From: a plasmid
Length of the DNA stretch: 64,000 bases
Strand: one strand, 5' to 3'
Sequence record: NZ_CP118990.1
Positions 58,818-64,000 of the stretch are shown here, one piece after another (position 1 is the stretch's first letter; each line of letters begins with the position of its first letter). The position numbers and the translations under genes were made by a program. The notes beneath the pieces are model-generated. The model worked only from the letters and a program-made list of their open reading frames with translations. It did no database searches and was not told where the DNA came from.

Positions 58818-59852
58818 TTGATGCCTATCCTACCACCTCTGCCACGACCACAACGGCGCCGCATTCACAAAATCATCCATGCCACCCGTGATAAAGGACA
58901 TGCTCGTCGCTTGATGGCCATCTTGCTGTTACATGAAGGACGCACGATCACCGATGTTCATCACCTTACCGGCGCTGCGCGCTCGACCATCGGTCGTTGG
59001 CTTCGGTGGTATCGAGATGAAGGCATAGATGCGCTAGAAGCCTTACCGGCTGGCCGTGCCCCAGTCTTACCTATCGCCAAGATTGTCACCTTACTGGTGC
59101 TGCTCATGCAGTTTTCTCCGCAAGATTTTGGTTATCAGCGCAGCCGTTGGTGTACTGAACTATTGGCTATAAAAATCAATCGGTTAACAGGGCTCAATGT
59201 GGCAGCCTCCACGCTCCGCCGATGGTTACCTCGTATGGGCATTGTCTGGCGCAGGCCCGTGCCGACCTTGCGGATAAAAGACCCAGCCTATCAGGAAAAA
59301 ATGGCGAATATCGACGCCGCGCTGGCCCGCTGTGATGCCGATAATCCGGTGTTTTATGAGGATGAAGTCGATATAGACCTCAATCCCAAATTAGGAGCCG
59401 ACTGGATGTTCAGAGCGCAGCAAAAGCGGGTTGTCACACCGGGGCAGAATGCCAAGCATTATCTGGCAGGCGTTCTCCACGCAGGCAACGGAAGGGTACT
59501 TTACGTCAGCGGGATCAAGAAAAACTCATCGCTGTTTATTGCCATGCTGGAAAAGCTGCGCCACCACTACCGACGAGCCAAAACCATCACGTTGATCCTC
59601 GATAACTACATCATTCACAAAAGCAAACAGACCGAGCGATGGTTGAAGAAGAATCCCAAGTTCTGCCTGGTGTTCCAGCCAGTTTACAGCCCTTGGGTTA
59701 ATCACATAGAACGGCTATGGCACAAGTTACATGAAACCATCACGCGCAATCATCAATGCAGAGGGATGGCAAACCTGCTGGCCCGAGTGAAACACTTCAT
59801 GGATACCGTGTCTCCTTTCCCGGGGAATGGCTATGGCACAGCGAAGGTGTAG
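58818..59852 (+). CDS. IS630-family transposase (HTH + DDE)
   Basis: 344 aa with an N-terminal HTH and DDE residues (D...D...E) typical of IS630/Tc1. The IS ends are not resolved. Confidence 0.6.
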   Translation: MMPILPPLPRPQRRRIHKIIHATRDKGHARRLMAILLLHEGRTITDVHHLTGAARSTIGRWLRWYRDEGIDALEALPAGRAPVLPIAKIVTLLVLLMQFSPQDFGYQRSRWCTELLAIKINRLTGLNVAASTLRRWLPRMGIVWRRPVPTLRIKDPAYQEKMANIDAALARCDADNPVFYEDEVDIDLNPKLGADWMFRAQQKRVVTPGQNAKHYLAGVLHAGNGRVLYVSGIKKNSSLFIAMLEKLRHHYRRAKTITLILDNYIIHKSKQTERWLKKNPKFCLVFQPVYSPWVNHIERLWHKLHETITRNHQCRGMANLLARVKHFMDTVSPFPGNGYGTAKV

Positions 59853-60164
59853 CACTATTGGGATCAGTTATTTAGCTTTATCGTAACGCTCAAGAAATTG
59901 GGCTTAATGCCGAAAACAATAAAATAAAACAGCCAACCCTTGAGGTTCTTATGCGCCAGAATTTACCAGTGACGGGTCGAAACTTAGAACTCCCAAAAGA
60001 TGCCAATATTCTTGCGACTACCTCCCCTCAAAGCCATATCACGTACGTTAATCCTGACTTCATTAAAATCAGTGGTTTCACTGAGGAAGAACTATTAGGC
60101 CAGCCTCACAACATCGTAAGACACCCAGATATGCCGCCTGCTGCATTTGAGCATATGTGGAGTC

Positions 60165-61254
60165 GCGAATTCAACTCCGAAGTGCAACACCCGCCAAATC
60201 AAGCAACCTGTCGTAGTTCATCAAACACGATCTGCGGTTGCCTGAAATCCAAACATTTGCGCGGTCTAAGGTTGAGTCGCCGCTCGAAGGCCGACAACTC
60301 ATCCGGGCTGAGCTGGCTCAGGTCGCTGCCCTTGGGCACATACTGCCGCAACAAGCCATTGCTGTTCTCGTTCAGACCTCGCTCCCACGCGCTGTATGGA
60401 TGCGCGAAGTAAAACTGGGCATTTAGCACCTTGGCTACTCGCTCATGTTCCACAAATTCACTGCCATTGTCCGCGGTGATTGTATGAACATGTGCCTTGT
60501 AGGGCTCTAGCATGCAGATGATGGCATCGGCCACTGCAGCTGCCGTCTTGGCAGGCACATACTGCACTAGGTAGAGTCGGCTCTTACGCTCGGCCAGTGT
60601 CACGATGGCACCACTACCTTGTTTGCCCGAAACGGTATCCACCTCCCAGTCACCCAATCGGCTACGAGAGTCGACTATCGCTGGGCGCTCATCGATCGAT
60701 ACCGGGTTGGGGATCACGCAGCGCTTGGCATTCTGTCCCTTACGGTAACGTTTGTGGCCTTGCCGCAAGTGACGGAACAGCTTGCCACCGTTGGCCTTAT
60801 CCTGCGCCACATAGCGGTAGATCCACTCATGACTGACAGGGCAACCAATGCGCCTGCAGACCGAGCTTATCTGCTCCGGACTCCAGTCTGCGGCCAACGC
60901 CATGGTCACGAAAATAAGGGTATCTTCCGGGACACGATATTTGCTGCTGGAACATCGTCGCAGGGTGGCCGATTGATGAGCCTCTGCTGGTTGATAACCT
61001 TGCGCACACCGGTTGCGACGGAGTTCGCGACTAATGGTGGATGGATGCACACCCACCTTGCGGGCAATCATTGCTTGGCTCAAGCCATGGTCATGAAGGC
61101 AGGCGATCTGGTATCGTTGTCCTTCGGTCAACTGATGGTATCTCATGGTGTTCCGCTTTGTTTCTTTGGCGAGAAGAAGCGTACCAGAACCGGCAGTTGG
61201 CCTCTTCTCTCCTATGCACCATGGGTGTTGCAGTTATTATCTGAATTCGCGGTA
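60165..61254 (-). mobile_element. IS30-family insertion sequence (Tnp 60199-61146, 315 aa)
   Basis: IRs CGCGAATTCAACTCCGAAGTGCAACACCC / CGCGAATTCAGATAATAACTGCAACACCC (reverse complement). N-terminal HTH plus DDE. Confidence 0.7.
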
Positions 61255-62316
61255 CATTAAAATCTGGCCGCTCATGGATGGGGCTAGTAAAAAATCGCTG
61301 TAAAAATGGCGACCACTATTGGGTAAGTGCTTATGTAACGCCAATAGCTAAGAATGGTTCGATTGTTGAATACCAGTCTGTAAGGACCAAGCCTGAACCT
61401 GAGCAGGTTTTGGCTGCGGAAAAATTATATGCTCAATTGAGAAGCGGGAAGGCCGCGAGGCCGAAATTGGCTGCTAGCTTTTCCGTGAAAATACTCTTGC
61501 TCATATGGGGTAGTATTATATCAAGCGCAATGGCTGCCGGCATGCTTACTGATACATCAATAAGCAGCTTATTGTTAGCCACTTTAATGTCAGGAAGCTT
61601 AAGCTCTGTTAGTGTTTTGGCTATTCTCTCTCCTCTTGGAAGACTGGTTGAAAGAGCCAGGAATATTTCCAATAACCCATTAAGTCAATCCCTCTACACT
61701 GGGCGCACCGATGAGTTTGGCCAAATAGAGTTTGCTTTACGAATGATGCAAGCTGAAACAGGCGCCATAGTAGGTCGCATAGGTGATGCATCAAATCGGC
61801 TTAGCGAACACACCCGAGGCCTACTAAAGGATATTGAGTCAAGCAATGTACTTACAGTTGAGCAGCAGGCAGAGACAGATCAAATAGCAACGGCAGTAAA
61901 CCAAATGGTGGCAAGCATTCAAGAGGTTGCGAGCAATGCACAGCATGCTGCAGATGCGGCCGGAAGAGCAGACACTGAGACGGCATCTGGCCAGCGTCTG
62001 GTAGCCCACACAAGCCAGTCAATCACTGCCCTTGAAGGTGAAATTAGGCAAGCCGCTCAGGTTATTCATGAGCTTGAAGGTCAAAGTAACGAGATATCAA
62101 AAGTTCTTGACGTTATACGAGGGATCGCCGAGCAAACGAATTTGTTGGCACTCAACGCAGCAATTGAGGCCGCGCGTGCTGGTGAGCAGGGGCGTGGTTT
62201 TGCTGTTGTCGCCGATGAGGTTCGCAGTCTTGCTGCTCGCACACAGCAATCGACAACGGATATTCAAAGCATGATCAGCGCTCTACAAGAGCGAGCGCAA
62301 TCCGCTGTTACAGTCA

Positions 62317-63524
62317 GGGCGGGATCGCACTTTGTTAATGAAATTTGAACAGGCAGATCGTCTGTGATCTAATCGCGTCTCCATGCAGGAGGCACGCGCT
62401 ATGACGTTGATTGAACACCTTACCCTTGTCGAAGAAACTCGCTCTGAGATCAATCGTAAACATAACCTGGTTGATGTCATGTTCCTTGTCATCAGTGCCA
62501 TCATGAGTGGTGCCGAGGGCTGGAATGACATCGAAACCTATGGCGATTCAAAGATCGATTGGCTGCGTCAGCATCGCCCCTTTGCCAACGGCATCCCGCG
62601 GCGTCACACGGTTGCCCGCATTCTGCGCTGCATTGTCATCGATACCTTGCTTGAAGCGTTGCTGTGCTGGGTCAATGAACAGCGCACTCATCAGGGCAAA
62701 CCCATCATTGCCTTTGATGGCAAGGTGTTACGCGGCTCCTTTCGGGGAAATGCCAAGGATGCGCTTCAGTTGGTCACGGCTTACGATACCGAAAATGGGC
62801 TGGTGTTAAGCCAGAAAGCAACCCCTAACAAGAAGGGGGAAATCGAAACCGTCAAAGATATGCTGGACATTCTTGAGCTAAAAGGAGCCGTTGTCACACT
62901 CGATGCGTTGCATTGTCAGCGTGAGACACTGGAGAAAATCAGCGAGAAGAAGGCTCATGTAGTGGTACAGGTCAAGAATAATCAACCGAAGCTGTATCAA
63001 GCGGTTCAATCGCAATTCCAGTCACTGTTTGACGCCCAGAAAGAGAAGATTGTCGTCGAGCACAAAGAGAGTGGACATGGCCGCCAGGAAGAGCGTTATG
63101 TGTTTCAATTAAAAGCCAAATTACCGCCAGAGTTGACGGAGAAATGGCCGACAATCCGCAGCATCATTGCCGTTGAGCGTCACCGCAGCGCCAACGGAAA
63201 AGGAACGGTAGATACCTCTTACTATGTCAGCTCGTTATCCCCCAAGCACAAGCTGCTAGGGCACTATATACGGCAGCACTGGCGGATAGAGAACAGCCAG
63301 CATTACATTCTTGATGTGGTGTTCAACGAGGATGCTTCCAGGATAGCGATGGAGGATGCGGTCGAGAATATGGCGCTATTCCGGCGGTTCGTATTGAATA
63401 TCGTAAAACAGAGCAATTGTGGTGCTCGAAGTCAGAGAAACAAGCTAAAAAGAGCCGGCTGGAATGACGACTATCGGGCTCAGTTATTCTTTGGTTAAAA
63501 TATCAACAAAGTGTGCTCCCGCCC
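62317..63524 (+). mobile_element. ISAs1-family (H-repeat) insertion sequence (Tnp 62383-63498, 371 aa) with a 13-bp target-site duplication (TSD) GCTGTTACAGTCA
   Basis: IRs GGGCGGGATCGCACTTTGTT / AACAAAGTGTGCTCCCGCCC. Flanking duplication at 62304-62316 and 63526-63538. Confidence 0.8.
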
Positions 63525-64000
63525 TGCTGTTACAGTCATGGAGCAAAGTAGTCGGCAAGCGCACACGAGTGTAGCTCACGCAGAGGAAGCAGCTACAGCT
63601 CTTGATGGAATTGGCCAACGCGTTAACGAAATTACCGACATGAACGCGCAAATAGCGACTGCGGTCGAGCAGCAGGGAGCAGTAAGTGAAGACATAAACC
63701 GCAGTATTATCAATATACGCGATGCTGCTGATACCAATGTACAGACCGGGCAGAATAATTTGCAAAGTGCGAAATCTGTCGCTCAGTTAACTAGCGCTCT
63801 GAGCGAACTGGCAAAACAGTTTTGGGAAAAACGAGGATAACGCTTTTCAGTATCTCGACAGGGATAACTTACTTTACCATCGGTTATCCCTTTTAGCCGC
63901 ACAAATTTTAGCCATGGCTTTTCAGGAAGTCAGGGCTATCAGAATGGCCTTAGAAAGCCTAGTCAAAGAGCTGTCACGAGAACACCGTTAGCTTAGCGTA

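Larger units (their letters stand above)
59951..63840 (+). pseudogene. Aer-like PAS-MCP aerotaxis receptor gene in three pieces (59951-60168, 61281-62348, 63511-63840), interrupted by IS30- and ISAs1-family elements
   Basis: PAS NIVRHPDMPPAAFEHMWS...[14 protein letters not shown] is continuous across the IS30 insert. The MCP signalling domain [31 protein letters not shown] is split by the ISAs1 insert. Confidence 0.7.

Overview
This window is mosaic accessory DNA from a large conjugative plasmid or ICE, probably gammaproteobacterial. The backbone is about 55-60% GC, with lower-GC islands. All calls below are made by eye from the sequence and the ORF track.

(i) 1-11.4 kb is a plasmid leading-region-like block. 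It holds an orphan DNA methyltransferase fragment and an 817-aa PP-loop/PAPS-reductase-like (DndC-like) protein. It then has a string of small unknown genes, several of them preceded by a conserved hairpin with a GGGTACATCAT loop. It also has a zinc-ribbon+Toprim primase and many strong hairpin terminators.

(ii) 11.4-15.3 kb is a 3.06-kb insert bounded by perfect 164-bp direct repeats. The insert carries an ISAs1 (H-repeat) transposase remnant, a NERD-domain gene, and an orphan Rhs C-terminal tip with small acidic and membrane immunity-like genes. A 320-bp palindromic MITE-like module sits at its right edge.

(iii) 15.6-24.6 kb is a type IV-A CRISPR-Cas system. The cas genes run csf1-cas6-dinG-csf3-csf2 on the minus strand. 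The 12-repeat array lies 3.1 kb away on the plus strand. Between them is a module of a cold-shock-domain membrane protein, a CX5R phosphatase and a tyrosine recombinase, with iteron-like repeats. Two degenerate CRISPR-repeat-like sequences remain in the cas promoter region.

(iv) 24.7-28.5 kb has unknown genes, a CoiA-like nuclease and a Tus-like replication-terminator homologue. The Tus-like gene sits next to a 290-bp segment bounded by 25-bp inverted repeats.

(v) 28.6-37.9 kb is an interrupted merR-merT-merP operon abutted by a hybrid Tn3-family mercury transposon. That transposon has tnpA, a PIN/RHH toxin-antitoxin pair and tnpR, joined to merE-D-A-P-T/merR with a Tn21-type IR.

(vi) 38.0-41.3 kb is the msr(E)-mph(E) macrolide module with a resolvase.

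(vii) 42.2-49.3 kb is a 7.1-kb Tn3-family transposon. It carries a frameshifted HD-GYP gene with a heptanucleotide tandem repeat, a HigBA-like pair, tnpR and tnpA.

(viii) 49.3-52.1 kb is plasmid maintenance: Rep, RelBE, ParA and a ParG-like protein.

(ix) 52.1-64 kb is IS-rich. It has two diverged IS4-family copies in inverted orientation and a Tn21 tnpR::tnpA fusion remnant with its IR. It also has IS630-, IS30- and ISAs1-family elements; the last two split an Aer-like PAS-MCP chemoreceptor gene.
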